Source: Gemmatimonadota bacterium (lineage in GTDB: Bacteria; Gemmatimonadota; Gemmatimonadetes; Gemmatimonadales; GWC2-71-9). From it: a DNA stretch of 64,000 nucleotides. Positions 28,477-38,610 of this stretch are shown in pieces; the first letter of the stretch is position 1, and every line of letters starts with the position of its first letter. The notes below the pieces were generated by a model. It made no database searches. It saw only the letters and a program-made list of their open reading frames with translations, and was not told the DNA's origin. Position numbers and translations under genes: made by a program. Location: positions 26,045-90,044 of the forward strand of contig JBDGYA010000011.1 in the NCBI GenBank assembly GCA_039584325.1. Reading direction: 5' to 3'.

Positions 28477-29520
28477 CTAGGGCCGAGCAACTGAGCGGGC
28501 CGCGTCCAGAATCCTAGCCTGTGCCTGCTCCATCGGCCCTTCGAGCGAGGCGCCGGCGGCCTTGCGGTGGCCCCCGCCGTCGAAGCGCTCCGCCAGTCGT
28601 GCGACGTCGAGGTCTCCCACGGAACGGAACGAGACCTTGATGCGTCCGTTGGCCAGCTGGCGGAACAACATCGCGAGATGTACTCCCTCGATAGAGCGTG
28701 CCAACTCGACCGTTCCTTCGAGCTCGTCCGGCTCGACACCGAGGCGCTCGAGCGCGCCCGGAGGGATCGTCATCCACGCGATCCCCAGATCCCGCTCGAC
28801 GACGAGGGATTGCAGCACCTCGCCGATCAGGCGGATCTTCCCCTCTGACTCCGACGCATACACGTCGCGGTAGACTCGCTCCGGCTGGACGCCACGGGTC
28901 AGCAGGTCACTGGCAATGCGGAGCGCTCGCGGCGAGGTGTTGGAGAATCGGAAGCCGCCCGTATCGGTGAGAATCGCCACATACAGCGCCTGGCTCGCGT
29001 TGGCTTCCAGCTCCCAGCCGGCCACGCGGGCCAGGTCATAGACGAGCTCACCCGTCGCACAGGCCGCCGAGTCGATCAGGCGCGGTCCAGCCGGCAACGT
29101 ACCGTCGGACACGTGATGATCGACGCAGGCCACCGGGACGCCGCGCCGCTCGACGACGCGCCCGAGATGTCCCAGACGTCCGAGGTCTGCAATGTCGAGC
29201 ACCACGATGGCATCGGCACGCTCCAGGAAGCGTACTGCATGGCGTGACCGGTCGGCCCGAGGGATCCCTTCGAGGAGGAACCCGAACCGCTTGGGAAACG
29301 GTGTGGGGTTGGTGATCGCGACGTCGAGGCCCAGACGCGTCAGCAGGTACCACATGGCCACACCGCTGCCCGCCCCGTCCCCATCGGCATTCACGTGGGT
29401 CGTGAGAGCGACACGCATGCCGGGTCGCAGCGCCTCCACCACCAGCCGGGCGCCGCGCCGACGAGCGGGATCGACTCCCAGGCCAGGAGGAGAACGGTGC
29501 ACTGCCTTCGAGCGGCGCAT
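28477..29520 (-). CDS. nrnA: DHH/DHHA1 phosphoesterase (NrnA-like oligoribonuclease/pAp phosphatase)
   Basis: 'HVNADGDGAGS', 'DHH' ('VDHHVSD') and C-terminal 'GGGHRKAAGA'. The start was trimmed from 30027 to the ATG at 29520; a later start is possible. Confidence 0.85.
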   Translation of the reverse strand: MRRSKAVHRSPPGLGVDPARRRGARLVVEALRPGMRVALTTHVNADGDGAGSGVAMWYLLTRLGLDVAITNPTPFPKRFGFLLEGIPRADRSRHAVRFLERADAIVVLDIADLGRLGHLGRVVERRGVPVACVDHHVSDGTLPAGPRLIDSAACATGELVYDLARVAGWELEANASQALYVAILTDTGGFRFSNTSPRALRIASDLLTRGVQPERVYRDVYASESEGKIRLIGEVLQSLVVERDLGIAWMTIPPGALERLGVEPDELEGTVELARSIEGVHLAMLFRQLANGRIKVSFRSVGDLDVARLAERFDGGGHRKAAGASLEGPMEQAQARILDAARSVARP

Positions 29521-29628
29521 GATCGAGGAAGGTACACGGTTCCCCGAGCACGCGCGACGCGCGATCGGGCTTGCTCCAGCGGGGTAGCCTACCCCATCTT
29601 GTTCCCTTCTCTGTACGGCGAGAGGTCC

Positions 29629-31377
29629 ATGGAACTGATCGAACGGATCGTCAACTCGGTCAACTTCTGGGTGTGGGAGTTCGGTATCCCCGCCCGCGGG
29701 GAAGTGATCCCGATCGCCGTCATCGCGCTGCTGGGTACGGGCGTCTTCCTCACCCTGCGTCTCCGCTTCATTCAGCTGCGCCATCTGGGCCACGGCTTCG
29801 CCGTCACGTCGGGCAAGTACGACGATCCGAACGAGCCGGGAGACGTCCCGCACTTCCAGGCTCTCACCACGGCGCTGTCGGCCACGGTAGGCATCGGCAA
29901 CATCGCCGGGGTCGCGATCGCGATCCACTGGGGCGGGCCCGGCGCGCTCTTCTGGATGTGGGTGACGGCCTTTCTCGGCATGGCCACCAAATTCACCGAG
30001 GTCACGCTGGCACAGCATTACCGCCACGTCGAGGAACCCGGTGCCGACCGGCTCACCGGCACGGTGTCCGGCGGTCCCATGTATTACATCGAGCGGGGGC
30101 TCGGTCCCGCGTTCAGGCCGCTAGCCATCTTCTTCGCCATCATGCTCGGCTTCACCGCATTTCTGACCGGCAATGCGATACAGGCAAACACGGTCGCAGA
30201 CTCCCTGCTATCGAGCTTCGGGATCCCCGTGTGGATCAGCGGACTGACGACGGCCGCCATAGTCTCCCTCGTCGTGCTGGGCGGCATCCGGCGGATCGGC
30301 CGCGTCACCAGCGTCCTCGCACCGTTCATGGCGACCGTGTACGTCCTGGGTGCGCTCACGATCATCCTGCTGCACTTCGAGTGGTTCCTACCTGGCCTCA
30401 CCCTCATCTTCACCGAGGCGTTCACCCCCTCTGCCGGCGTCGCGGGCACGGGTATCGGGACGCTGCTCCTGACGATGATGTGGGGTGTGCGGCGCGGGCT
30501 GTTCTCGAACGAGGCGGGCCAGGGTTCCGCCCCCATCGCCCACGCAGCGGCAAAGACCGACGAGCCTGTCTCCGAAGGGGTGGTCGCCCTGCTCGAGCCG
30601 TTCATCGACACGCTGGTCATCTGCACCATGACCGGGCTCGTGATCGTCATGACCGGGGTGTGGCAGGACCGCATCCCGACCCAGATCCAGTTCGCCGGAG
30701 CCGGCGACCTCTCGTACGTGGAGTACGCCGCGGACGGCCGGCGGGCTATGGTAGTACCGGAGCAGGACATCCGGATCGACGATGGCTATCACGCCGAGAC
30801 CGGCCCGGGGGCTCCGCTGGTCGCCTGGCACGAGCTGGAACTCGAGCGGCTGTACGTGGATGAAGCACAGACCGTTCCGTTCACGGGTGTGATCTCGCCG
30901 AGGGAGAGCAACAGGGCTGGTGTCGCGATCGCCGCTGACGGCACGCGCTACGACGCGCTCCATGCGGACGCCGCCGAGAGCGGCGCGCCCCTCACGATGC
31001 TCGGCTTCGAGAAAGGCCTGCCGGGCCGATGGGGCGATTACATCGTCCTGCTCTCCGTGATGCTCTTCGCTGTTTCGACGGCGATCTCGTGGAGCTATTA
31101 CGGGGATCGTTGCGCGAACTACCTGTTCGGGCCGAGGGCGATCCTCCCGTATAAGATGGTGTTCGTGGCGATGCACTTCTTCGGTGCCATCGTCTCGCTC
31201 AACGTCATTTGGCTGATGGGTGACGTGGCGCTCGGCATCGTCATCCTGCCGAACCTGCTGGGTCTGATCCTGCTCTCCGGCAAGGTGAAGCAGCTGACGG
31301 ACAGCTATTTCGAGCGCAAGCCGTGGATCGAGAACTACGAGGTCCGCAAGCGACTGAAGGCCGAGCGGCACCGCTAG
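29629..31377 (+). CDS. Alanine/glycine:cation symporter (AGCS family)
   Basis: '[34 protein letters not shown]' signature and about 10 or more TM segments. The start was trimmed to the ATG at 29629. Confidence 0.9.
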   Translation: MELIERIVNSVNFWVWEFGIPARGEVIPIAVIALLGTGVFLTLRLRFIQLRHLGHGFAVTSGKYDDPNEPGDVPHFQALTTALSATVGIGNIAGVAIAIHWGGPGALFWMWVTAFLGMATKFTEVTLAQHYRHVEEPGADRLTGTVSGGPMYYIERGLGPAFRPLAIFFAIMLGFTAFLTGNAIQANTVADSLLSSFGIPVWISGLTTAAIVSLVVLGGIRRIGRVTSVLAPFMATVYVLGALTIILLHFEWFLPGLTLIFTEAFTPSAGVAGTGIGTLLLTMMWGVRRGLFSNEAGQGSAPIAHAAAKTDEPVSEGVVALLEPFIDTLVICTMTGLVIVMTGVWQDRIPTQIQFAGAGDLSYVEYAADGRRAMVVPEQDIRIDDGYHAETGPGAPLVAWHELELERLYVDEAQTVPFTGVISPRESNRAGVAIAADGTRYDALHADAAESGAPLTMLGFEKGLPGRWGDYIVLLSVMLFAVSTAISWSYYGDRCANYLFGPRAILPYKMVFVAMHFFGAIVSLNVIWLMGDVALGIVILPNLLGLILLSGKVKQLTDSYFERKPWIENYEVRKRLKAERHR

Positions 31378-32828
31378 GCGGAGTAGTTCGGCGCCTCTCG
31401 GGTGATCACGACGTCGTGCGGGTGCGACTCTCGGAGCCCCGCGGTGGTGATCTGGATGACCTCCGCCTCTGAGCGCAGCTGATCGATCGTGCTGCAGCCG
31501 CAGTAGCCCATGCCACTGCGGATCCCGCCGACCATCTGATACAGGACGTCGCCCACGGGTCCGCGGTACGGCACGCGGCCTTCGATCCCCTCTGGGACCA
31601 GTTTCTGCGGCGAGATCTCCCCTTCCTGGAAGTACCGGTCCGCCGATCCGTCCTGCATGGCGCTGAGCGATCCCATGCCGCGGATGATCTTGAAGCGGCG
31701 CCCCTCGAGCAAGAAGCTCTCTCCCGGACTCTCCTCGGTGCCCGCGAACATCGAGCCGAGCATCACGGTGGCTGCGCCGGCCGCGAGCGCCTTGACGGCA
31801 TCTCCGGAGAACTTGATGCCGCCGTCGGCGATGACCGGCGTGTCTCCCGCCCCACGGATCGCGTCGACAATGGCGGTGATCTGCGGGACTCCCACGCCCG
31901 TCACGACGCGGGTCGTGCAGATCGACCCTGGGCCGATGCCGACCTTGACGGCATCGACGCCGCGCTCGGCGAGCGCTCTGGCACCCTCCTCCGTCGCGAC
32001 GTTGCCTCCCACGATCTGGGCGTCCGGATAGGCGTCCCGCAAATTGGCCACCGTCTCGAGAACGCCCTTGGAGTGTCCGTGGGCCGAGTCGAGCACGAGC
32101 GCGTCCGCACCCGCAGCAAGCAGGGCGGCTGCCCGTGCCCGGGTGTCCCGGCCGACGCCGATCGCTGCGGCCACCCGGAGACGCCCGTGTTCGTCCTTGT
32201 TGGCGTCAGGGAACTGCTGCCGCTTGATGATGTCCTTGACAGTGATGAGTCCTTTCAGCACACCCCGCTCGTCCACCACCGGGAGCTTCTCGATGCGATG
32301 TTCACCGAGAATCTGCTCGGCCTGCTCGAGCGTTGTGCCGATCGGTGCCGTCACCAGCCGGTCCTTGGTCATCGCCTCGCGGAGCGGTCTGTCCAGATTG
32401 CGCTCGAACTGCAGGTCGCGATTCGTGATGATCCCGACGAGCCTGCCGGCGTCGTCCACGATCGGGACGCCCGAGATCTTGAACCGGCTCATGAGGGTAG
32501 CGGCCTCGCGGATGGAACGGTCCGGGCCCAGGGTGATGGGGTTCAGGATCATCCCGCTCTCCGACCGCTTCACCCGGTCCACTTCCGCCGCCTGTCGGTC
32601 AATCGGCATGTTCTTGTGGATCACGCCGATCCCACCGAACCTGGCCATCGCGATGCCCATCTCGGCCTCCGTCACCGTATCCATCGCGGCCGAGACGATC
32701 GGCACGTTGAGCGGGATCGCCCGGGTAAACCGGCTGCGCACGTCCACGTCCCGCGGATGCACCGTCGCGTGCCGCGGCACGAGGAGCACGTCATCAAAGG
32801 TCAGACCGAAGTCACCTCGCAGTTGCAT
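31374..32828 (-). CDS. guaB: Inosine-5'-monophosphate dehydrogenase
   Basis: Tandem CBS insert, catalytic loop '[11 protein letters not shown]', and 'GGIKFSGD'. Confidence 0.97.
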   Translation of the reverse strand: MQLRGDFGLTFDDVLLVPRHATVHPRDVDVRSRFTRAIPLNVPIVSAAMDTVTEAEMGIAMARFGGIGVIHKNMPIDRQAAEVDRVKRSESGMILNPITLGPDRSIREAATLMSRFKISGVPIVDDAGRLVGIITNRDLQFERNLDRPLREAMTKDRLVTAPIGTTLEQAEQILGEHRIEKLPVVDERGVLKGLITVKDIIKRQQFPDANKDEHGRLRVAAAIGVGRDTRARAAALLAAGADALVLDSAHGHSKGVLETVANLRDAYPDAQIVGGNVATEEGARALAERGVDAVKVGIGPGSICTTRVVTGVGVPQITAIVDAIRGAGDTPVIADGGIKFSGDAVKALAAGAATVMLGSMFAGTEESPGESFLLEGRRFKIIRGMGSLSAMQDGSADRYFQEGEISPQKLVPEGIEGRVPYRGPVGDVLYQMVGGIRSGMGYCGCSTIDQLRSEAEVIQITTAGLRESHPHDVVITREAPNYSA

Positions 32829-32848
32829 CGTCGTCCATTGCTCCCCGT

Positions 32849-32890
32849 AAAAAAGCGAAGACCCGCCGCGCGCGGGGCACGGGGCGGGTC
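32849..32890 (-). terminator. Rho-independent terminator downstream of the 32954..33373 gene
   Basis: On the minus strand: GACCCGCC, a 15-nt loop, GGCGGGTC, then TTCGCTTTTTT. It lies in the gap before the guaB start. Confidence 0.6.
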
Positions 32891-32953
32891 ATCAACTGCA
32901 TTGCGTATGAGGGCGTTACCATGCGACAAGGTACGCGTCGCGCAGCAAGGCGG

Positions 32954-33373
32954 TCAAGCGGGGGCGGGGGGCTCCTCCGGTGGCTCTTGCTGCTCCTCGC
33001 CAGCCGAGGCATCATCGGCGGATGAAGGTGCCTCGTCCGTCGCCGGGGCCTCAGCCTGCTGCCCGTTGCCCTTCGTCGGCGGCGCCGTAGCGAGCTCCTC
33101 CGCCACCACCTTGCTCGCGGCCGCCAGCCCCTCCATCAGTTTGCCCGCGGCCTCCACTACCTGCGCCGTTCCTTTGGCAGCGACGTCGGCAATCCGCACA
33201 CCACCGATCCGATCCTCGATGTTCTCGGCCAGACGCTGCACGGTGGAGGGCGTGCGCGAGCTGCGATTGTACTTGGACTCGAGGAACTCGATGTAGTCGA
33301 GCAGCTGCCGACCCATCTCGTCAGAGAGCCCACCCAACTTACCCGTGATCCGGGACGTGAGGTTTTCGTTCAT
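32954..33373 (-). CDS. Hypothetical protein with an acidic/Pro-rich tail
   Basis: 139-aa ORF with coding-like composition. It is followed by the terminator above. I recognise no family. Confidence 0.5.
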   Translation of the reverse strand: MNENLTSRITGKLGGLSDEMGRQLLDYIEFLESKYNRSSRTPSTVQRLAENIEDRIGGVRIADVAAKGTAQVVEAAGKLMEGLAAASKVVAEELATAPPTKGNGQQAEAPATDEAPSSADDASAGEEQQEPPEEPPAPA

Positions 33374-33395
33374 GACCTTCCCCCTTCTGTGTCGA

Positions 33396-34424
33396 TCACC
33401 GCCTGGCCACCTCTACGAGAGTCAGCACGGGATTGCCGAGATAGTGTGACCGTCCGGTACGAACGCGTCCGATGATGACCAGCTCGCTCAGCGGCTCCTC
33501 GCGCTCGAGCTGGGCCGCCTGCACATCGGTGAGGACCACGTAGATGAATCCGGTCTCCGGTACCGGTCCCCGTGCCAGCAGGTATCGCGTTCCCGCGGGA
33601 ATGTCGCGTCGCACCTCATCCGGACTCTGTACGGCGATGAACTGTACGGTCCACCGGAGGAGCTTTCCTTCGTACTCGCTCGGCCGGGCCCGTACCTCCG
33701 CTCCGCTGACACCGACCAGGATGCCGGGAGGCGCCGCAGCGAGATCGCTCTGCCGCACCCAACCCTCGGTCGACACCCGCACCCATTCTCCCGATCGCGC
33801 CAGAATCCGTACCGGCACGTCCGCCCCAATCGTTCCGGTCGAGTCGCCGTCCGGTGTTCGGCGCAGTGCGGTCGTCGTGGCCGTCGATGCGTAATCCAGC
33901 ACCGAGCCGCCCGTGCTCGGGATCTCGCGAGGCTGCTCCGGCTCAGCGGGTGCAGCCGCCGAGATCGGTGGACCGCCCACCCGCTCCAGAGACGGCCCAA
34001 ACATCCACCCGATACGACGGACGCGAACCCAACCTGGCTGACGGTCGACCTCCTCCAACAGCGTCCCCTCCGAAAGCCGAGCGAGGATGCGCCCATTGGG
34101 TGCCACCCGCAGGTTCTCGCCGCCTCGCGGGGTCACGATGAGCTCAAACCCGTCGCGCACCGTCGAATCGAGCGAGCGGGCCCAGAGCCATCCTTCCAGC
34201 ACGATCTGTACCCAGCGACCGTCCTCGCCCTCCGCCCCGAACTCGGCACCCGCATTGACGGTGGCAAGCAGCGTGGCGCGCCCGGACGGCTCGCGCCGGA
34301 AGTTCTCCGTCTGGATCACCCGATAGCGACTCTGCGCGGCGAGATCGGAGATCCCGCCGAGCACGCACATCGCCGCCGCAAGGCAGGCTGGTAGGGCCGG
34401 AACGACCTGGCTAGATTGCCTCAT
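33396..34424 (-). CDS. Secreted protein with three SH3b-like repeats (hypothetical)
   Basis: Signal-like N-terminus. Three repeats of the pattern 'G.WV.(I/V)...GW(L/M/V)....L' ('GRWVQIVLEGWLWARSL', 'PGWVRVRRIGWMFGPSL', 'GEWVRVSTEGWVRQSDL'). Confidence 0.55.
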   Translation of the reverse strand: MRQSSQVVPALPACLAAAMCVLGGISDLAAQSRYRVIQTENFRREPSGRATLLATVNAGAEFGAEGEDGRWVQIVLEGWLWARSLDSTVRDGFELIVTPRGGENLRVAPNGRILARLSEGTLLEEVDRQPGWVRVRRIGWMFGPSLERVGGPPISAAAPAEPEQPREIPSTGGSVLDYASTATTTALRRTPDGDSTGTIGADVPVRILARSGEWVRVSTEGWVRQSDLAAAPPGILVGVSGAEVRARPSEYEGKLLRWTVQFIAVQSPDEVRRDIPAGTRYLLARGPVPETGFIYVVLTDVQAAQLEREEPLSELVIIGRVRTGRSHYLGNPVLTLVEVARR

Positions 34425-34486
34425 TCGCGCTCACGAGGATTGTAGGAGCGGCGAGTATTCATGTCAAACCGAACCGCAGGCTCCAG

Positions 34487-35197
34487 ATGCCCCGTCCTAT
34501 CCTGATCTACCTCCTTCTGGGCCTCGGCGTTCCTGGCAGCCTCGGCGCGCAGGTCGGTCACACCCCACGGTCCTCGCCCTACAGAGATCTCCCAGAGAAG
34601 TACATATTCGCCCTCACCGGCGGCTACTCATGGGGATCGGGCGGTAAGGTGAAGGTCGGGCCTGGGGAAGGGCCGGTGTTCGGTGCCCGCGGTGACATTC
34701 ATCTCGCCGGACCGGGCACTGTGCAAGTGGGATTGAACGTCGGTAGCTTCGATCGGCTGCTGCTGGACCCCAAGCAGGGACCCGACGAGCGCGTCCTCGG
34801 CTGGGCAACGCAGTCGGTGGTGATGGCCGACGCTGGTCTGAATCTCGTGCTCACGGGGCAGAAGACATGGTACGGCTTCGCCCCGTATCTCGGACTGTCG
34901 CTGGGGGTCGCGATTGGCGGCGACGTTCCCGCCGACTCCCTGAGCGGATATGACTTCAACATCAAGTTCATGATTGGCCCGGGCATCGGATTACGGTGGC
35001 ACCCGGTGAGGCGTATCGGTCTCCGCGTTGAGTTCCGGGACGTCTTGTGGAAGCTCTCGTACCCGGAGGTGTTCTTCTTGCCCCCGGAGAACGATCCCGA
35101 TGCTCCGCCCGTGCTCGACCCCGACTTCAACAAGACGTCGCAGTGGACGCACAACCCCAGCCTGTACGTATCACTGGGCTTCGCATTCGGCGGATAG
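34487..35197 (+). CDS. Putative small outer-membrane beta-barrel protein
   Basis: Signal peptide 'ILIYLLLGLGVPGSLGAQ'. Alternating Gly/aromatic strands. Confidence 0.5.
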   Translation: MPRPILIYLLLGLGVPGSLGAQVGHTPRSSPYRDLPEKYIFALTGGYSWGSGGKVKVGPGEGPVFGARGDIHLAGPGTVQVGLNVGSFDRLLLDPKQGPDERVLGWATQSVVMADAGLNLVLTGQKTWYGFAPYLGLSLGVAIGGDVPADSLSGYDFNIKFMIGPGIGLRWHPVRRIGLRVEFRDVLWKLSYPEVFFLPPENDPDAPPVLDPDFNKTSQWTHNPSLYVSLGFAFGG

Positions 35198-35379
35198 GGT
35201 CCCGACTCCCCTTCAGCGTGCAACCGGCAGCATGTGAAGCCGACGGTGAGCGAGTCGGCCGCAGCCGTACGCCAGCACTCGACACGCAACACAGACGCGA
35301 TACGGCTACCGTCAGAGCGGGATCGGGGTGTGCAGCCGAAAGTGCACACCAGTTGCTTCCGGGCTAGATTGCCCACACG

Positions 35380-35814
35380 ATGCCCAGCGTGCGTCTCACC
35401 CGCGTGTTTGCATTCTCGGCCGCCCACCGCTACTTCCGCCCCGAGTGGTCGGAGGAGCGAAACAAGACCGTATTCGGGGCCTGCGCGAACGAGCACGGTC
35501 ATGGGCACAACTACGAGTGTCACGTAACGGTGGCGGGACCGTTGGACGCCGACACGGGTATGGTGATGAACCTCCGGGATCTGGACCAACTGCTCCGAGA
35601 GGAGATCGGCGAGCGTCTGGACCACCGTTTCATCAACTTCGTGGTTCCGGAGTTCGGTCCGGGACGGCAGATCCCTACCGGCGAAGCGTTGGCCGTACAT
35701 CTGTGGCGCCGTCTCGCTGCTCGGTTGCCCCAGGGCATCCGCCTCGTGCGTGTTCGCGTCCAGGAGGATGCATACCTGTACGCCGAGTATGACGGCGAGG
35801 GAGAGGCGACGTGA
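35380..35814 (+). CDS. queD: 6-carboxy-5,6,7,8-tetrahydropterin synthase
   Basis: 'FSAAHRY', 'C.NEHGHGHNYE' zinc/catalytic motif, and 'LDHRFIN'. Confidence 0.9.
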   Translation: MPSVRLTRVFAFSAAHRYFRPEWSEERNKTVFGACANEHGHGHNYECHVTVAGPLDADTGMVMNLRDLDQLLREEIGERLDHRFINFVVPEFGPGRQIPTGEALAVHLWRRLAARLPQGIRLVRVRVQEDAYLYAEYDGEGEAT

Positions 35815-36644
35815 AGGGCGCGGTTCGGATTCGCATCGTATGCTGGCTGGGGCTCCTCGCGGCAGCGCCGTTGCCACGGAGTGTAGGTGCCCAGACTGGT
35901 GACGAACCGCGTCTCATCTTCTCCTTCTACGGAGGCGTCGCGAAGGGGCCAGACGTCTACCAGATCCCTCGGCAGTCGCTCTTTCTGCTGTTTCAGACCG
36001 ACCTCCACGACACACTCCAGCTGACGAGGAATCTGACCACGGCGCCGACGGTCGGAATGAATGCAAGCCTGTTCCAGCCGTCCGGTTTCGGGCTCACCGC
36101 CGAGATCGCCTACGTCGGGCTCAAGATCGACGATTTCTGCCGTATGGTGTTTGAGCACACGGATCCCCAGCTTCGGAACCGACAGGTGTGCAACGACATC
36201 TCTTCCCGGACCCTGACGGTTTCCAACGTCGGCATTACCCTGGGAGGAGCGTATCGGCTGTGGGCCAGGAACCCTGTCACACCCTACGCACGGGTGCAGG
36301 GTGGCATCGGCATCCGCAGTACCAGCATCGTCGAGACGGTCGGTCGGTACAATGCGGAGGGCATCGACGGCGTAGTACGGCCGACGGATCGCGTGGTCAT
36401 CAATGACGCGTCCGATGTCGTGGTGCGCCCGTTCTTCGTTGGTGCAGTGGGTGTGACGCTCGCGATCGCGAGTGGGTACCAGATCCGCTTCGAGATCCGG
36501 GACCACCTGATGCGTCTGGAGCGACCCACCGGACCGGCCGACGACTTCGCACAGGTGAACACCGAGGGCTTCTGGGGCCACGCCCCAGCGCTCGTGTTCG
36601 GGTTCGACATCGTCCTCGAGCAGAAGCGCGGTCGCCGCTACTGA
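35811..36644 (+). CDS. Putative outer-membrane beta-barrel protein
   Basis: The GTG overlaps the queD stop (GTGA). Signal peptide 'IVCWLGLLAAAPLPRSVGAQ'. Beta-strand periodicity throughout. Confidence 0.55.
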   Translation: MKGAVRIRIVCWLGLLAAAPLPRSVGAQTGDEPRLIFSFYGGVAKGPDVYQIPRQSLFLLFQTDLHDTLQLTRNLTTAPTVGMNASLFQPSGFGLTAEIAYVGLKIDDFCRMVFEHTDPQLRNRQVCNDISSRTLTVSNVGITLGGAYRLWARNPVTPYARVQGGIGIRSTSIVETVGRYNAEGIDGVVRPTDRVVINDASDVVVRPFFVGAVGVTLAIASGYQIRFEIRDHLMRLERPTGPADDFAQVNTEGFWGHAPALVFGFDIVLEQKRGRRY

Positions 36645-36646
36645 CG

Positions 36647-37270
36647 ATGCGAAGCGCTGTCCTCGCCGGTGGCGCAGCGCGGCGGTTCGAAGCCCGACCC
36701 AAGGGGCTGCAGACCGTCGGCGGTCGTCGCATCCTCGACGCCGTAGTCGACACACTGACGCAGGCGACCGGTGCCCCTCCTCTTCTCATCGCGAACGACC
36801 CCGAGGCCGTGGCATGGCGTTCCGACCTCGATATCCGAGCTGACGTGCGCCCCGGCACGGCGAGTCTCGGCGGCATCTACACGGCGGTTCTGGCGGGTGA
36901 CGGTCCCGTGTTCGTGGCCGCATGGGACATGCCCTTCCTCATCCCAGGCATCGTGCGCGAGTTGATCACGCGGGGTACGGACTACGACGTGTACGTGCCA
37001 GAGAGCCGGGGGCCCCGCGGTATCGAACCGCTGAGCGCCGTCTACGCACCGACGTGCGCCGAGGCCATCATGCGGAGCATCGATGCCGGCAGGCTGCACA
37101 CGACGGCATTCCATCGCGACGTGCGCGTAGGACGCCTCCCGCTGAGCGAGGTCGAGCGCTTCGGCAATCCTGACGAGCTGTTCTTCAACGTCAATTCGCC
37201 GGAGGAGCTGGCGGCCGCCCGAGCCTTACACCGGCGGCGCGCCCGGCGCGGCGGCTCCACACGCACGTAG
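36647..37270 (+). CDS. mobA: Molybdenum cofactor guanylyltransferase
   Basis: 'AVLAGGAARRF...PKGL' N-terminal nucleotide-binding motif and 'DMPF' motif. Directly upstream of moeA. Confidence 0.8.
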   Translation: MRSAVLAGGAARRFEARPKGLQTVGGRRILDAVVDTLTQATGAPPLLIANDPEAVAWRSDLDIRADVRPGTASLGGIYTAVLAGDGPVFVAAWDMPFLIPGIVRELITRGTDYDVYVPESRGPRGIEPLSAVYAPTCAEAIMRSIDAGRLHTTAFHRDVRVGRLPLSEVERFGNPDELFFNVNSPEELAAARALHRRRARRGGSTRT

Positions 37271-37274
37271 CCCC

Positions 37275-38555
37275 ATGTCACCCCAACGGACCCGACTGAC
37301 CCCGGCCGCTGCGGTGGCGACCATCCTCGGCGAGATCGACGTGCTTCCCCACGAGTGCATTCCGCTCCGGCGGTCCGCTGGCCGGGTGCTGGCAGAGGAA
37401 GTACGAAGCCCGTTCGACCTTCCGCGCTGGGACAACTCGGCGATGGATGGATACGCCGTGCGCAGTGGCGATGTCGGCGGACCAGCTGAACGGCGCGAAA
37501 GGGCGACCGGGCCCATCGAGCTCGAGATCGTCGAGGAGATTCCGGCGGGAGCGTTCGCCACGAAGGCACTGGGGCCGGGGCAGTGCGCGCGGATCTTCAC
37601 GGGTGCGCCGATACCTGACGGCGCCGACTGCGTCATCCGACAGGAGCACACGACGCGGATCGACGAGCGCACCGTACGCATCGACGAGCTCCACGACGTG
37701 GGTCGCAACGTGCGTCGACGTGGGGAGGACATCGCGAAGGGAACCGTCGTGTTCCGGCCCGGCGCCGAGCTCGGCCCGGCACAGATCGGCGTGCTGGCTT
37801 CCCTTGCATGCGCGGACGTGGACGTCTACCGGCGGCCTCGTGTCGCTCTTCTCGGCACAGGCGACGAGATCGCGGACCTCACCGAGCGCGACGCGATCCT
37901 CGAAGGCCGCAAGATCGCGTCGTCCAACAGCTACACCATGCTGGCCATGGCGGAGGCGGCAGGTGCGGAACCGATCGACCTCGGCATTGCGCCCGACGAT
38001 CCGGAGGCGATCCGTGCGCGGCTCGAGCGCGTCCAAGATGCCGACCTGCTGGTCACGTCCGGTGGCATGAGCGTCGGTGAGCACGATCACTTGCGCGCCA
38101 TGCTGCAACAGGGTGGGGCCGAGCTGCTGTTCTGGCGGCTCAGGATGCGCCCGGGGGCACCGGTTGGGTTTGGTCGCTACGGCAGCACGCCGTGGCTCGG
38201 CCTGCCGGGGAATCCGGTGAGCACGATGGTCACATTCGAGCTGTTCGTGCGCCCCGCGATCAGAAAGCTCCTAGGCCACACGACGTTGTTCCGCCGGACG
38301 ACGCCCGTGCGGGTGGGCGAGCGGATCACCATGCACGCCGCACTGCAGCACTTCCTCCGAGTGACGCTCGCTGTGGAAGCCGGTGAGCTGACAGCGCGTC
38401 TCACCGGGCCACAGGGCTCGGGGATACTCAGCTCGATGGCAAAGGCCGAAGCCCTGATGATCGTGCCGGAGGACAAGCAGGAGATCGCCGAGGGAGTGGT
38501 GCTCCCAGCGATCCTGCTGAACGAGCCGGTGCACGTGGAGCGCGTGCCGTACTGA
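37275..38555 (+). CDS. moeA: Molybdopterin molybdenumtransferase
   Basis: 'WDNSAMDGYAV', 'TGAPIPDGADCV', 'VTSGGMSVGEHD' and 'LPGNPVS' motifs. Confidence 0.92.
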   Translation: MSPQRTRLTPAAAVATILGEIDVLPHECIPLRRSAGRVLAEEVRSPFDLPRWDNSAMDGYAVRSGDVGGPAERRERATGPIELEIVEEIPAGAFATKALGPGQCARIFTGAPIPDGADCVIRQEHTTRIDERTVRIDELHDVGRNVRRRGEDIAKGTVVFRPGAELGPAQIGVLASLACADVDVYRRPRVALLGTGDEIADLTERDAILEGRKIASSNSYTMLAMAEAAGAEPIDLGIAPDDPEAIRARLERVQDADLLVTSGGMSVGEHDHLRAMLQQGGAELLFWRLRMRPGAPVGFGRYGSTPWLGLPGNPVSTMVTFELFVRPAIRKLLGHTTLFRRTTPVRVGERITMHAALQHFLRVTLAVEAGELTARLTGPQGSGILSSMAKAEALMIVPEDKQEIAEGVVLPAILLNEPVHVERVPY

Positions 38556-38610
38556 GAGAAGCGAACACGGTGAGGCCCCGTCACGCCTTCCCAGCGGTCG
38601 TGTCGCCGTG

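Noticed and set aside
28477-30027. N-terminal extensions of several track ORFs: 28477..30027, 29395..31377, 12758..14293, 19346..20767, 20311..21741, 25421..26572, 21810..22394, 44148..46217, 50738..51802, 52368..53252, 60034..61389 and 62866..63642
   Set aside because: The extensions overlap neighbouring genes or divergent promoters and translate to low-complexity sequence. Internal starts with ribosome-binding sites or stop/start overlaps restore canonical N-termini. These were trimmed in the feature table.
35198-35379. preQ1 riboswitch upstream of queD
   Set aside because: There is no short P1 hairpin followed by an A-rich tail as in the preQ1-I consensus I remember. I kept it only as a generic structured-leader observation.
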